A stretch of DNA of 64,000 bases from a virus (IMGVR_UViG_3300006045_001036); one strand, 5' to 3'; numbered from the stretch's first letter, positions 8,349 to 18,999 are shown. A program made the numbers and translations. The notes: generated by a model from the sequence alone, not told the origin.

Positions 8349-9041
8349 TTAGGCTACAATCTCAAAGTCAAGCGGAGCCAAAGCACCCTTATAAGCACCG
8401 ATACCCGCAACAGTCACCTTACCTGTTCCGACAGCGTCATTGTCAGCCCAACGGAGAACATAATCTCTACCGACTGTAAGAGTGTTTCCGAAGCGGTCTG
8501 TTACTTCAATGTTGCGAGGTTGAACACCGTTTGTTCCGCCGTCCACAGACAGAGAAAGCTCAGGAGCGTCACCATCAGGAGTTAACCATGCTGCTTTTGC
8601 GTTCGCTACTGTAGTCGAGCCTACAGGCGAAGTACCGCCGATATCAATCAACGGAAGAATGTCAGAAGCACCATCGCCGATAATCTCGATTACGAAGCCC
8701 GAGCCAGCGAGTTGGTCTTGCAGAGTGCGGTAGAATGCCGCATCCTTGGACGACACGTCTGTGAGCGTAATAACCTGTCCGGGAGTGGTGAAGTTGAACT
8801 TGTGGAGAATATTCGCCACAGGCACACCGAATTCGTTGTACGGAGGTACAAGGTCGGGATTACCGAATCCGAATACGTTTTTGTTGTATACAGATTCGCT
8901 GAGTTGTGCGGAGTCTGCGTATGAGTTTGAGGGGTAAGCGATACCCGAAGCAATCGGGTATTGACCGTTCTTGGTGATTCTGGATATAATGTTGTCTAAT
9001 GTCGCTTGAGTTCCCTCAAATCTGATAATTACCTTAAACAT
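8349..9041 (-). CDS. putative capsid decoration protein with C-terminal Ig-like domain
   Basis: Directly after the major capsid gene; GRDYVLRWADNDAVGTGKVTVAGIGAYKG Ig-like signature. Confidence 0.65.
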   Translation of the reverse strand: MFKVIIRFEGTQATLDNIISRITKNGQYPIASGIAYPSNSYADSAQLSESVYNKNVFGFGNPDLVPPYNEFGVPVANILHKFNFTTPGQVITLTDVSSKDAAFYRTLQDQLAGSGFVIEIIGDGASDILPLIDIGGTSPVGSTTVANAKAAWLTPDGDAPELSLSVDGGTNGVQPRNIEVTDRFGNTLTVGRDYVLRWADNDAVGTGKVTVAGIGAYKGALAPLDFEIVA

Positions 9042-9059
9042 ATTATTCCTCTCCTTTCT

Positions 9060-10598
9060 TTAGTAAGAACCAGCGATAGAACCTTTGACCATAGTCATCG
9101 GGTTCACTGTGTTGATTGCGTATGCACCGACGTAACCTTGTTCAACGTCCATGTTCGCACGTTCGAGTCTTTGAGTTGCGGCAATCGGCAAGAAACAGCC
9201 GACCATCATCGAAGCTTTAAGTTTGTCGTTACCTTTGAAGAGCTGTACAAAGTCGTTTGCACCGAGGTTCGGGTCAACGTACACTTTGTAAGCACCGAGC
9301 GAACCTGCGTAGCAAGCTCCGCTGATGTCTTCGGAAATCGTTTCTTCTTGGAATTTCGCCATGTTCTGGAATACACCGAGAACATTTGTGCCGCAGCAGA
9401 TACGGTTTGTTCCCCATTGACGGGTTACTTGACGTACTGCCAAAGAACCTTTATCGAGAACGGTTTTGAAGTTGTTAAAGTAACTAAACTCTCCACCGCC
9501 GTCAACGCTGTTGAATTTACCCGAAGAATTCCACGTCAAGCCTTTCATAGCTGAAGCGTCTCTCCACGCTTGAAGAACAGCGCGGCTGTTGATTTCTGCC
9601 ATTATTTCGCCCATCATCTGAGTTTTTTCAACGTCAGAAAGTTCAGCACCGTATTCCATCTTAGCAGCGTAGTTAGCGAGGTAAGAGCTGTGTGCTTCAA
9701 TTGCGTAAGCTTCTGCTCTGAGTAAGATTCTGTCGAGCTGTAAGTAGGCTTTAACGATATTCGCACCGTAAGTGCCGTCTTCGTGAGCACCGACATTTTC
9801 GTTGTCAAAACGGTAGTTGGCATAAATAGTCAAACCGTCAGAACCGTCCGTCATCGTGATAACACCACGTTCGTAGTCGATTTGTCCCCATTCAGTTGCA
9901 TTCGGGTTGCCGTTCGGGTAGAGATTACCCGCAGCGTCGTCTTTGACTGCGATGGTAGTTCCGTTTGCCTCGTTACGAACTTGGAGTTCAACGTGTCCCG
10001 GAATAATCGCACCACGACCTTCGATACCGAGATAAACAACGTCTCCGGACTCGTCGGGAGTTCTCGCCAATTCCTTCGTCACGAAACTTGAAGCCCAAGT
10101 CGGGTCAGAACCAGACTGAGAGCCGTAAGGCGTGTGCAAAATTTTCTTAGCAGGGGTAGCACCACGTCCTGTTTCGGTAACAACCTTGAAGAAAGGATGC
10201 AAGCTTTCACGACTGTCCATCTCTTGGAAAGAAGCGATTTGGTCAAGGATAGAGTTAGCGACACCAAGAGGAATCAACTCTTTGAATTTCGGAGCAACAG
10301 CAATATTAGTTGTGTTGGTAGCCGATTGAATCCTTGTACCTGCTGCAACAGGAATACGAAGCAATGCAGGGTTTTCTACGCAAGCGGCATCATGAATATC
10401 CATCATTCTTGCGGAGGTGATTGCTTGAGAGTCTCTCAACGCCTTCTGACCACTGGCTTTCAGTGCTATATTCGCTGAAGACAGTATCTTAGCATGACGT
10501 TTGACCGCAGCTTGGTCGGCGGACTGTATCTTGGTCATACCAGCTTTTTGACCTTTGTGTAAGGGCTTCTGTGAAGTCCCACTGTTAATAATAACCAT
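9060..10598 (-). CDS. major capsid protein (T4 gp23-like)
   Basis: 512 aa after the protease; Q-x-M-x-S-x-x-S..F pattern, GEIMAEINSRAV, AGSLGAYKVYVDP; ~92 aa propeptide. Confidence 0.88.
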   Translation of the reverse strand: MVIINSGTSQKPLHKGQKAGMTKIQSADQAAVKRHAKILSSANIALKASGQKALRDSQAITSARMMDIHDAACVENPALLRIPVAAGTRIQSATNTTNIAVAPKFKELIPLGVANSILDQIASFQEMDSRESLHPFFKVVTETGRGATPAKKILHTPYGSQSGSDPTWASSFVTKELARTPDESGDVVYLGIEGRGAIIPGHVELQVRNEANGTTIAVKDDAAGNLYPNGNPNATEWGQIDYERGVITMTDGSDGLTIYANYRFDNENVGAHEDGTYGANIVKAYLQLDRILLRAEAYAIEAHSSYLANYAAKMEYGAELSDVEKTQMMGEIMAEINSRAVLQAWRDASAMKGLTWNSSGKFNSVDGGGEFSYFNNFKTVLDKGSLAVRQVTRQWGTNRICCGTNVLGVFQNMAKFQEETISEDISGACYAGSLGAYKVYVDPNLGANDFVQLFKGNDKLKASMMVGCFLPIAATQRLERANMDVEQGYVGAYAINTVNPMTMVKGSIAGSY

Positions 10599-10628
10599 AG
10601 TAATTCTCCTTATAATTATTGGTTGGCT

Positions 10629-12167
10629 TTAGCCTTTGAAGTTGGTGTAATACTCTTCATCGGTTTCATCAATTTCTTTCACAGCTTGTGGTTGGATAAC
10701 CATGCTCGGAACGACAGCACTGTTAATTTTCGTAATAGAGGCTTGTCGTCTTTGCTGTGTAGAAGCTGTGTCTACGGCAGAACGAATTTGAGCGGGGGTC
10801 GCTGAACTTTCGATTTTGACGCTCGCTACATCGACACCGTAAGCATCTCCGAGAAGTTGCAAATAAGCTTTTTTGAATTCGTCGCTTGTTTGCGGTTGTG
10901 TCTTCGCAGTCCTCGGGGTTGTCCTTGTAGATGACGAAGACTGAATACGTTGGGATTGTTTGCTTTGACGTTTTATTTCGCCTTGAGCCGTCAACAGGTT
11001 TTGACGTGTCTCATTTAATTCAGTGGTTACGGTCTCAAGACGACTCGACAGGTTTCGATTGTCTCGAGCAGACGCCGCTATTTTTGTTCTCGACTTCTGT
11101 TGTGTCTCTTGTAACTCTTGAATTTGTTTGATTAATTCTTCATTCTGAGCCAGAAGTTCAGCGTTGTACGCAGCCACTTCATCAATCTCGGCTTCAGACT
11201 TACGTCGGAATTTATCAAAAACCCCGCTATCGACATTTGCCTGTCTATTTGCACGTAACGCAGTTCGGAGTTCTGATGTTAACTTTACATTCTGTGAACT
11301 AAGTTGTTCTACTTCGGAATTAAGTGCTGCTATTTGTGCTTCTGCGTTCGCTGTTTGATTAGCGGAAGAAGTAATTCGCCGTTGCAATCTTTCATTCTCT
11401 TGTCGTGAAGACCTGAGTTGAGTTGTCTTCCGAGCCAGTGCAGCACTCACTGCCGTTAATCTATCGTCGTCAATTGTGGAGTTTTCAACAATTGTTTGTG
11501 CCGCAGACTCAATTCTTACCTCTGCTAATCGTGTGTCAATTAAGTCGTTGATTAATTTACTGTTAGGGAGTTTGCGGAGTGCGGTAAGAGCTGCCGAGCT
11601 TTCTATCTTCGGTATTTCAGTTTTTGCACTTGCTAACAGTCTGCGGTAGTTCGGATTTTCCGAACTTGCTATTGCTACGATATCGGGAATAGCGTTAGGG
11701 AACGCAGGAAATTGAACAACGTCAAAACCGTTGCATATGAATGTTTCGGGGTCAACCTCTCCAATTGGTTCGCCTGTAGGAGTATCACCCCACCCACGTT
11801 CAGATACACCGAAGCGGGTTCCGCCTTTACAGTAATTGGCTATTAACCGCCCTGTCGGGCAATCAATTATGTCGAACTGAGCCCAGACTTCGCCGTCATC
11901 TAATACCTTAGCATCGTTCAACCGTCCACAGGAATTGGCGGGGTTCGGCTCATCTTCTTCTGGATGTCCAAACCACATTAAGTGACATTTCCGTTTAAGA
12001 CCGTCAATAAACCGTTCAGACCTAAAAGCATTTAACCAAGCACCTTTAGCGAGATAAACACCATTCACGTTATCGACATCGGAATCACCTGAGGTTCCTT
12101 CAATACGCATAACCACTCCGGGCGGTAAATTATCGGTAATTGTCTTAAATTCCGCTCTCTTGCTCAT
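10629..12167 (-). CDS. prohead protease (T4 gp21-like) fused to a coiled-coil scaffold
   Basis: GHP, FGVSERGWG and GFDVVQFPAF catalytic motifs; long coiled-coil C-terminus. Confidence 0.88.
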   Translation of the reverse strand: MSKRAEFKTITDNLPPGVVMRIEGTSGDSDVDNVNGVYLAKGAWLNAFRSERFIDGLKRKCHLMWFGHPEEDEPNPANSCGRLNDAKVLDDGEVWAQFDIIDCPTGRLIANYCKGGTRFGVSERGWGDTPTGEPIGEVDPETFICNGFDVVQFPAFPNAIPDIVAIASSENPNYRRLLASAKTEIPKIESSAALTALRKLPNSKLINDLIDTRLAEVRIESAAQTIVENSTIDDDRLTAVSAALARKTTQLRSSRQENERLQRRITSSANQTANAEAQIAALNSEVEQLSSQNVKLTSELRTALRANRQANVDSGVFDKFRRKSEAEIDEVAAYNAELLAQNEELIKQIQELQETQQKSRTKIAASARDNRNLSSRLETVTTELNETRQNLLTAQGEIKRQSKQSQRIQSSSSTRTTPRTAKTQPQTSDEFKKAYLQLLGDAYGVDVASVKIESSATPAQIRSAVDTASTQQRRQASITKINSAVVPSMVIQPQAVKEIDETDEEYYTNFKG

Positions 12168-12489
12168 CTAATAACACCTCATTTATAATCGGTAGTAGTT
12201 GCTCTTGCAAACTGCGATAATCCTCATCTTTACATCGAGGGTACGTTGCTATAAGTTTACCGATTCTATCTATACCAAGGATATAATACAACATATGGCG
12301 GTCACTTTCCGACATAGCAGGATTTTTCTCGACAAACAACCAATATCGAGTAACTAAAGAAGATAACGCTTTCCAAGTCGGTTGGTTTAGAGAAGGAGCT
12401 TCATCCTTGATTGCGGTGACAAGTTTTCGCCAGTTCGTCGAATTATAGCCACGTATCATATTGAAAAACATTTTACAGTGGTCGTTCAT
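12145..12489 (-). CDS. hypothetical protein
   Basis: AGGAG RBS; between portal and protease. Confidence 0.7.
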   Translation of the reverse strand: MNDHCKMFFNMIRGYNSTNWRKLVTAIKDEAPSLNQPTWKALSSLVTRYWLFVEKNPAMSESDRHMLYYILGIDRIGKLIATYPRCKDEDYRSLQEQLLPIINEVLLDEQESGI

Positions 12490-12504
12490 ATATGCAACTC
12501 CTTT

Positions 12505-14097
12505 CTACATCTCTCCGCCTTCACCGCTCTTTACCTCGACTGTCTTCATAGACGCCATCTGAGCAGTGAAGATAGGCAATATGCGTTCGGTTATTTCTTT
12601 AACAGCTTTAACTCTTTCGTCATGCTCTCCGATACCCAGTTTGTCGCACAAATCAAGTAACGCTTTGGCGTTTTCGATTGCCTGTTGTACCTTGTCTATG
12701 AGGAACGTATCAAGCAACGACAGTGGAGCATTCATGCAGAGTTCGTACTTGCCGATATAATCCTTGTACCCATTTCGTTCCAACATCAAATCAATACCAC
12801 GAGTAATTCCTGTCAGGTATGCCACTTGACCTCGTTGTACACGGCGGTTGAATCTGGACGACATTTGTGTCAGCGTTGTTCCCGAAGCACCAAGACCGCC
12901 CTCCCCACTGTAGTTCATCTGTTGTTTGGGGATAGCAAGAGCAGCAAGTTTCTTGTTAAGGTTGTACTCTACGTCAGCTATATCACGAACATTGACATCG
13001 CCTCCGAGCGTTTTGACATCAATCACACCTTTACCATCACGAGTAAGCGAGTATATTGTGTTTTCAAGAGACTGTGGATTTGCAGTACTCTCAGCAGTAC
13101 CGAGCGTTGTAGACAGAGTCATGTCTTGCTCCATCTTGTTTTTCAACGCCATGAGAGCTTTTTGAGCAGCGTCTTTACGCATGGTTTTGACTTCGAGGGA
13201 CACAAGACGTATAACAAGACTTTTCGTCAGTTTGTTAAGGAGCAGCGAGTCTTGCATCAAGTTGTCTATAACAGTCGGTGTGTATGCTGCCTCAAGAGGC
13301 GGCACATCGACCTCGACACCGTATTCGATTTCGTTGCCGTCTTGGTCTTTGAGATACACCGATAATCCCGAGCTAAGTGATTTCAATTGAACATGAAGGT
13401 AACTTGCTGGCGGGTATTTGTTAGCCACACCTTTGTTTGTCGAGTGTAAAAACAGCATAGAACCGAGCTGAGAGCTTTCGACTTGAGAGCGTTTATCAGG
13501 TCCCAGTGAATAGAAACAAGCGGTTTCTCCTGTTTCTTTGAAGGTCAGCTCTACCACACTGTTTTGAAGTTTGATGTCTCGTGTATTCCATGAGAAGTAT
13601 TTTGTTCGCTCTCCACGGTTATCAAGTCGAACCAACCCGCCGACGCTCATGCGGTCACGAAACACCTCCGTCGATGGAAAACAAAATCCTCCGTGAGTAA
13701 ATAAGACTCTCATATGCCCCCAGCCATATTCTTGAAGGCGTAATTCATAATCAACGATATCTTGAATATGCTTCTGAATAATTTCGTTATCAGATGAAGC
13801 CCATACAATCTGACCTTTCTCGTTAGGAGATGTAGACTCGTCCGCATACATATCAAGAGCCGTGGAAACGTCAGGGTCGGACGCCATTTGCTCAATAGCG
13901 AGATAACGAGATGTGAAATTGCTCATCAGAGCTGACAGAGGCTGAAACCCTGCTAAACTGGCGATACTGCCGTTAAGTAAGTCTTCAGGGACACTCGAAC
14001 TCTCAGGCTTCCCGTATTTTTGTTCCCTCATATTACGGCGATTTTCAGCCGACCGTCTGTACCAATCACCTATATTACTTAAGATAGGAATTTTCAT
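12505..14097 (-). CDS. portal protein (T4 gp20-like)
   Basis: MASDPDVSTALDMYADE, DIADVEYNLNKKLAALAIPK, RFNRRVQRGQ. Confidence 0.88.
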   Translation of the reverse strand: MKIPILSNIGDWYRRSAENRRNMREQKYGKPESSSVPEDLLNGSIASLAGFQPLSALMSNFTSRYLAIEQMASDPDVSTALDMYADESTSPNEKGQIVWASSDNEIIQKHIQDIVDYELRLQEYGWGHMRVLFTHGGFCFPSTEVFRDRMSVGGLVRLDNRGERTKYFSWNTRDIKLQNSVVELTFKETGETACFYSLGPDKRSQVESSQLGSMLFLHSTNKGVANKYPPASYLHVQLKSLSSGLSVYLKDQDGNEIEYGVEVDVPPLEAAYTPTVIDNLMQDSLLLNKLTKSLVIRLVSLEVKTMRKDAAQKALMALKNKMEQDMTLSTTLGTAESTANPQSLENTIYSLTRDGKGVIDVKTLGGDVNVRDIADVEYNLNKKLAALAIPKQQMNYSGEGGLGASGTTLTQMSSRFNRRVQRGQVAYLTGITRGIDLMLERNGYKDYIGKYELCMNAPLSLLDTFLIDKVQQAIENAKALLDLCDKLGIGEHDERVKAVKEITERILPIFTAQMASMKTVEVKSGEGGEM

Positions 14098-15686
14098 AAC
14101 AATACTCCGTTATCTGCCAAAAACTTGTCTTCTGATACCATAGGGATTTTGAACGCTTTCGCTTTTCTCATCTCAGAGCCTATTTGCCCCGACATCAAAC
14201 CGCCGACAACAAAAACTTTCGTTTGTTCTGTCACGTTTTCGTGAATTACTCCGCCGTGGTCGGTGATTAAAGCTTTTACCTTTTCAGGTTTGCCGCAACG
14301 GAAGTTTCCTGAAAGATACACCGACACACCAACAAGCGTATGAGGTTTTTCTTCCTTGTTTTTTACTACGTCGGTAACTTCGATAAGCTCTGATAAAGTT
14401 TTCCACTCGGCAATATTCTCGGGTGTAATCGCCCAGTTGACAAAAGCGTTTTGTGCCGCAGACGAAAGACCCGCAGAATTGTGGAAAGCTCTTGGCTTAT
14501 TAATGAGATAATCGTTGAATATTTTTACACTTCCCCTGCTTGCGTCTACAATTGTGTTTACATCACTGTTGGATAATCCGGGGATTTCCAAACTCCATAA
14601 GAGCTTGAGAAGAGACACCTCAAGTTTCTCGGGGAAATTACGAACATATTCTTTTAACCAAGCAGGGGTGAAATTGTTTATACTCGTTTCTTGACCGAGC
14701 TTGATAGCATCGGATAACGATTTCACTTTGTTTTTCGCAGTCATGCCGAGAATAGTTTCCGAAGTAAACGCTATTCCTAACTGGGTAAGAAAAACGTCAA
14801 GACGTTGGTATAGCTGCGATGTGCAGTTGTAATTACCGCATATCGTTGCTCCGTGACCGACTGTCAGTTTGTCACCACACAGAGGGCATTCTCTTTTCAG
14901 AGGCTCGGCGGGAGAGCCAACAGTACGAACAACATTGTCAAGTGTATCTACGATAAACATTTGGTTGACACCGAGGTTATTACGCAGAATATACGAATAG
15001 CTCTTAGTCAGCACAACATCTTTAGTCGAAGTAATCAACTTGCCTATGAGCTGTCCGTTCGCTTTATAATCCAGTTCGATTTTCTGTATACGAAGCAAAC
15101 GGTAAGGGATTCGAGAAGTTAAGAATTGCTCTTTTCCTGTATTGGATTGCATTACGGTTGTAATCCGACCAGGGTATTGAGATAATTCTTTCGATATACC
15201 GAACTCGGCTATAGTAGCGTTGTAATACTCAAACACACCTTGTTGTTCGGTGGTATCGTTACAAGTAACGAATGACAGGGTTTTGAACCCCATTAAGTTA
15301 AGCAGTTCAATGTGGTCGGTTTGTCGGTTTAATATTGTTGGACACATCAAGAACTTGTGCGGGAAGAATACCCGAGACACGTCTTCTTGCAAGCTCATTG
15401 TCTGAGCTTGCTCGTTCATGTCGCCGAATCCGATATGCGACTTCGGTGTGAGTACCCCCAGCACTTTTGAAGTCCCGCCAGTCAACCCGATTGCATGAGG
15501 GATATTTTCAATCGTATCAAGATTGATAATCTTTTCGCCGTATTTTTCGTGGTTCTGTTCTCCTACAGTTACTCCGATAAGCAACCCTTCTTCAGAATAC
15601 TCGGCAACAACGTCTATGCCGAAAGGGTGATAGTAAGCGGTCATTCCTGTACGGAACACCATTTTCTTTACAGGTGTTTTAGTCAT
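14094..15686 (-). CDS. NAD-dependent DNA ligase-like protein, catalytically degenerate (OB, Zn-finger, HhH, BRCT retained)
   Basis: CPLCGDKL..ICGNYNCTSQ Zn finger, LLWSLEIPGL HhH, VYLSGNF..LITDHGG..MVSEDKF BRCT; KxDG replaced by HPFG. Confidence 0.8.
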   Translation of the reverse strand: MTKTPVKKMVFRTGMTAYYHPFGIDVVAEYSEEGLLIGVTVGEQNHEKYGEKIINLDTIENIPHAIGLTGGTSKVLGVLTPKSHIGFGDMNEQAQTMSLQEDVSRVFFPHKFLMCPTILNRQTDHIELLNLMGFKTLSFVTCNDTTEQQGVFEYYNATIAEFGISKELSQYPGRITTVMQSNTGKEQFLTSRIPYRLLRIQKIELDYKANGQLIGKLITSTKDVVLTKSYSYILRNNLGVNQMFIVDTLDNVVRTVGSPAEPLKRECPLCGDKLTVGHGATICGNYNCTSQLYQRLDVFLTQLGIAFTSETILGMTAKNKVKSLSDAIKLGQETSINNFTPAWLKEYVRNFPEKLEVSLLKLLWSLEIPGLSNSDVNTIVDASRGSVKIFNDYLINKPRAFHNSAGLSSAAQNAFVNWAITPENIAEWKTLSELIEVTDVVKNKEEKPHTLVGVSVYLSGNFRCGKPEKVKALITDHGGVIHENVTEQTKVFVVGGLMSGQIGSEMRKAKAFKIPMVSEDKFLADNGVLL

Positions 15687-15745
15687 TGGATAGGTTTCCT
15701 TTCAACTATTAATACTTAGAGAGCTGTGTATAGCTCTGTTTTATA

Positions 15746-15752
15746 AATGCTA
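15746..15752 (-). promoter_or_regulatory. candidate phage late promoter motif TAGCATT
   Basis: Directly after the terminase stop, upstream of the ligase-like, portal and capsid genes. Confidence 0.5.
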
Positions 15753-17885
15753 TTACATAACGAATGTATCATCCGAGCCGACTGTAACACCCATATTACG
15801 CCATACATCATTCCTTGGGTCTCTGTCAAACTGGTCTTCATCCAACGCTCCGATTATGCAATCAAGTCCACTTTCATTGATGAGAAAATCATCATACCCG
15901 AAGAAACTGTCTGCCATTTCTTCCATTGTTTCAGGTGTACCCCAAGCCTGAGGATTGTGTTCAAAGTTGACCGTGTGATAATCCGCCACGTCCATCTGCA
16001 GTGTCTCAATCATTTCATCTGCCCCGATTGATATGCCCGACAGCTCCGATAACACCGCACCCCAAGTCGCTCCGACAACAGCGTCCGCAATATCCTTGGA
16101 TGAACCGTGTCCATGGTCTACTTTTCTTCCCCCGCTTACTGTACGTAACCCTTGAAGTTCACGTTTCAAAAGTATAGATGACAATAATAAAATACGGCGG
16201 TCGGCAAGGAGCCCTTTGAAAATCTTGTGTCCGTCAATTGTTCGGTCTACAGAACGGTAAGTAACCTTAAAACCGTTCTTCATCAATGTTTGCCGCATAT
16301 CTTCCGACAGATGGGCGTTGTCGGCGGAAATCTCTTCTATATGAAATCCTCCATCCCGCAATGCGTAGATGAATTTTCGAATTTTCTCAAAATCTATACG
16401 GTCTTTCTTAGGAGCTGCGATATCGACTGCGAAAACTTCCTCGTACAATGTCTCGTTATACCAGTCTCCTTCTACGTTCTGTACCTCACGCTCTCCCGCA
16501 ATAACTATACCCGCTATCCCAAAACGGTCTCCGCCTTTACCTTTCTTATCACCCTTGATTGCTGCGTCAAGGTGAATGAACATAGGACAGTCACGGATTT
16601 CCCGAGGAATTCCCCGCCAGTTGAAATAATCAATGATTTCACCCTGAGATGTAATTCCCATTTCTACAACATCCTCAGGGAACGGATTTCCTCTCTGGGT
16701 ATGCCAGCAAGTTTCTAACAACTCCATGCTGTAATAAGCGTATTCGCCTTGTACAGCTATTCCGGCAACGTCCATCAGTGTTTGTTCGTAGTTACTCTCA
16801 AACTCTATACGGAGGGCTTCGGGCGGGTAAACAAGTCTGTAACCTTCGACAAATTCAAGTTGGTTACGATATTCGGGGGTATCAAGCTCTTTCGGAACCA
16901 CAAATCCTTTACGAGATAAATCACCTACTGCTACGGTGCAAGTTGCTTTGTTGCCCGAAGTGTCCCATTTATCCCAAGGAATTACTTCCCATTGAGCTTT
17001 ATCAATTATTTTTGCATAGTCTTTCTCGTTCTTTATCGCTTCTTCCATCTTTGCTTCCATAAAGTCCATGTCAGCGTTGTTTTTAGAAGAAATCGCCCAA
17101 ATACAACCTTCGACAATACCGTTGTATCGGATAGTACCACGGATACGAGTGTTAATTGTGTCAAAGGCATCGGACATTTTGGTTTTCTCAGTCCTGACAT
17201 CACGGTTGCCCTCTGTCCCAAAGTTCATCTCGTCGCACAAAGCACAAAAGACTTGCATACCGAGAGCGTGACGTCCACCTACTGCTGCCGAACCAGTTCT
17301 AAGTCTTATAGCACGGTTATTGGGGATATATTTTGGATTTGCTTCGGATTTTGTGAATTTCCCTTTTTTGTTGAACCACGGCGAAGTTATCAGCATATCG
17401 TTGAATTGGCGGAACGCAACACCCTCTGCCATATCTTTTGTCACGTTGAAAAATAAAAATGTAATGACCGAAAAGCTTGAAATTTTGTATCGTCTCTGCG
17501 GTTTATCCATACAGATAAGAATGTGCAGCATATACGCAATACCATAACAGGCGAGTGTGGTTTTACCTATTCTCGTCGCCCCAGTCACATAAATCTCGGA
17601 GTACTTACACCGTGTTGCACCTCTGCCGCTGAATATCTCTTTGAGTTGCTCCCACCATTCTTCGTATATCTCGTTTCCGTAGTCGGAATAGATTCCAAGA
17701 TATCGTTCGTCGGTTAGGAAGGTTTTAAGGTCAGCAGGTTGTTCTTTGAATCCAACACGTTTTAGCTGTTCGAGGGTAAAGCTTTTACCACCGACAGCTA
17801 TTTCATCCAAAATCGCCTGAAGAATCTTTGCTTCTTCAGGCGAAAGGTTTTGTAATAATGGATTTTTATTCGATAACTTCGCCAT
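15753..17885 (-). CDS. terL: terminase large subunit
   Basis: Walker A GATRIGKT, Walker B ALCDE, nuclease HLDAA and VDHGHGSSKDIADAV. Confidence 0.92.
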   Translation of the reverse strand: MAKLSNKNPLLQNLSPEEAKILQAILDEIAVGGKSFTLEQLKRVGFKEQPADLKTFLTDERYLGIYSDYGNEIYEEWWEQLKEIFSGRGATRCKYSEIYVTGATRIGKTTLACYGIAYMLHILICMDKPQRRYKISSFSVITFLFFNVTKDMAEGVAFRQFNDMLITSPWFNKKGKFTKSEANPKYIPNNRAIRLRTGSAAVGGRHALGMQVFCALCDEMNFGTEGNRDVRTEKTKMSDAFDTINTRIRGTIRYNGIVEGCIWAISSKNNADMDFMEAKMEEAIKNEKDYAKIIDKAQWEVIPWDKWDTSGNKATCTVAVGDLSRKGFVVPKELDTPEYRNQLEFVEGYRLVYPPEALRIEFESNYEQTLMDVAGIAVQGEYAYYSMELLETCWHTQRGNPFPEDVVEMGITSQGEIIDYFNWRGIPREIRDCPMFIHLDAAIKGDKKGKGGDRFGIAGIVIAGEREVQNVEGDWYNETLYEEVFAVDIAAPKKDRIDFEKIRKFIYALRDGGFHIEEISADNAHLSEDMRQTLMKNGFKVTYRSVDRTIDGHKIFKGLLADRRILLLSSILLKRELQGLRTVSGGRKVDHGHGSSKDIADAVVGATWGAVLSELSGISIGADEMIETLQMDVADYHTVNFEHNPQAWGTPETMEEMADSFFGYDDFLINESGLDCIIGALDEDQFDRDPRNDVWRNMGVTVGSDDTFVM

Positions 17886-18333
17886 TCTCGTCTACCTCGA
17901 TTCCTTCAACAACCTGCGTTGCTTCACCGAGTATTGCAGAAGCAGCGTCGATTATCTTGCCTCGCTGTCCTTCTTCCATAGTTTCAAACTCATTTGTCGA
18001 ACCCTCGATTTCAATCGGCTCGTTGGGGTTGAATCCCATACATTCGAAAGTAGTTTTCAGCGTTTTATCCGTTACAGTCACCGCCTTGTTTAACTCACCT
18101 TGAGCAGCAAGGCAGACTTGTAAAGCTTGCGGAGCATCCTCGACAGTGTCGAGGTTTGCCATAACGCTCTGTGTACTTTCTACGAGTTTTGTCTCCACCA
18201 GTTCTCGGGCTTGGTCGAGCCGTTCCACACGCTGTATTTCGTTAAGCACACGCTGTTTTTGAAAATTCTGAATGGTTGTCAGAAAATCAGCGTTGCTCAT
18301 GTGGTTTGCATTTTTCACAAATGTATTACTCAT
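17866..18333 (-). CDS. putative terminase small subunit
   Basis: Helical 155 aa ORF overlapping the terL start (positional inference). Confidence 0.5.
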   Translation of the reverse strand: MSNTFVKNANHMSNADFLTTIQNFQKQRVLNEIQRVERLDQARELVETKLVESTQSVMANLDTVEDAPQALQVCLAAQGELNKAVTVTDKTLKTTFECMGFNPNEPIEIEGSTNEFETMEEGQRGKIIDAASAILGEATQVVEGIEVDENGEVIE

Positions 18334-18655
18334 CGTCTTCTCCTTCTGGCTCGGGAGCGGGGTTCATCTCTTCGAGCAGACTCTCCGCCGACACAGCGAT
18401 TGAGAATAAATCGGCGACAAGTTTCGCAGCCTGTTCCTCAAAACTCGAAAACTGCTTACCCGCAATCGCCAAACTTAGCTTTTCACCAAGTTCGTCACAA
18501 CTTCCCGAAATTAACCCTAATGCAGCAGTTGCTGACATTGTGTTATCGCCGTCCGCCGATTGGATAGCGACTTGAGAATCGACAGGAGCGGTAACTTCTG
18601 CCAAAACCTTGGTTTTTCTTCTCGGAGCTTTTGTTCCACTGTTGATAATTTTCAT
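18326..18655 (-). CDS. putative internal head protein
   Basis: Leader MKIINSGTKAP nearly identical to the capsid (MVIINSGT) and 6784 (MKIISSTKAP) leaders; AIQSA. Confidence 0.65.
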   Translation of the reverse strand: MKIINSGTKAPRRKTKVLAEVTAPVDSQVAIQSADGDNTMSATAALGLISGSCDELGEKLSLAIAGKQFSSFEEQAAKLVADLFSIAVSAESLLEEMNPAPEPEGEDDE

Positions 18656-18659
18656 AATA

Positions 18660-18998
18660 TTATCCTCTCTTATTTCCTGTATTAGACAGTAATATTGTAT
18701 TGTTTTCCATTGTCATTTCCTCGATAGCAGTGTAGAGATTTTCTACCGCATATCGTAAATTTTGTGTTCTACGGTGTCCATCGGTGAAAAATCCTCCTGA
18801 CTCGACAAGAGCGTCAAGAGCTTTTGTCATCTTCTCTTGGTCGGGGAAAGTTTTGCGAATTAACCGTTCAAGTTTTCCGAGTGCTCGAACAGAATCCTCC
18901 GACCACAGATAATCAAGCATTTCATCATATAGGAGAACATACGCAAAATTCAACTTTCGCCGGACTTCGTTCTGCCACATACTTGTATTCTCTTTCAC
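18660..18998 (-). CDS. hypothetical protein
   Basis: GGAGG RBS, operon-packed. Confidence 0.7.
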   Translation of the reverse strand: MKENTSMWQNEVRRKLNFAYVLLYDEMLDYLWSEDSVRALGKLERLIRKTFPDQEKMTKALDALVESGGFFTDGHRRTQNLRYAVENLYTAIEEMTMENNTILLSNTGNKRG

Positions 18999-18999
18999 A

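Noticed and set aside
14094-15686. Annotation as functional DNA ligase ligA
   Set aside because: The KxDG lysine motif and the N-terminal NAD-binding subdomain are not present
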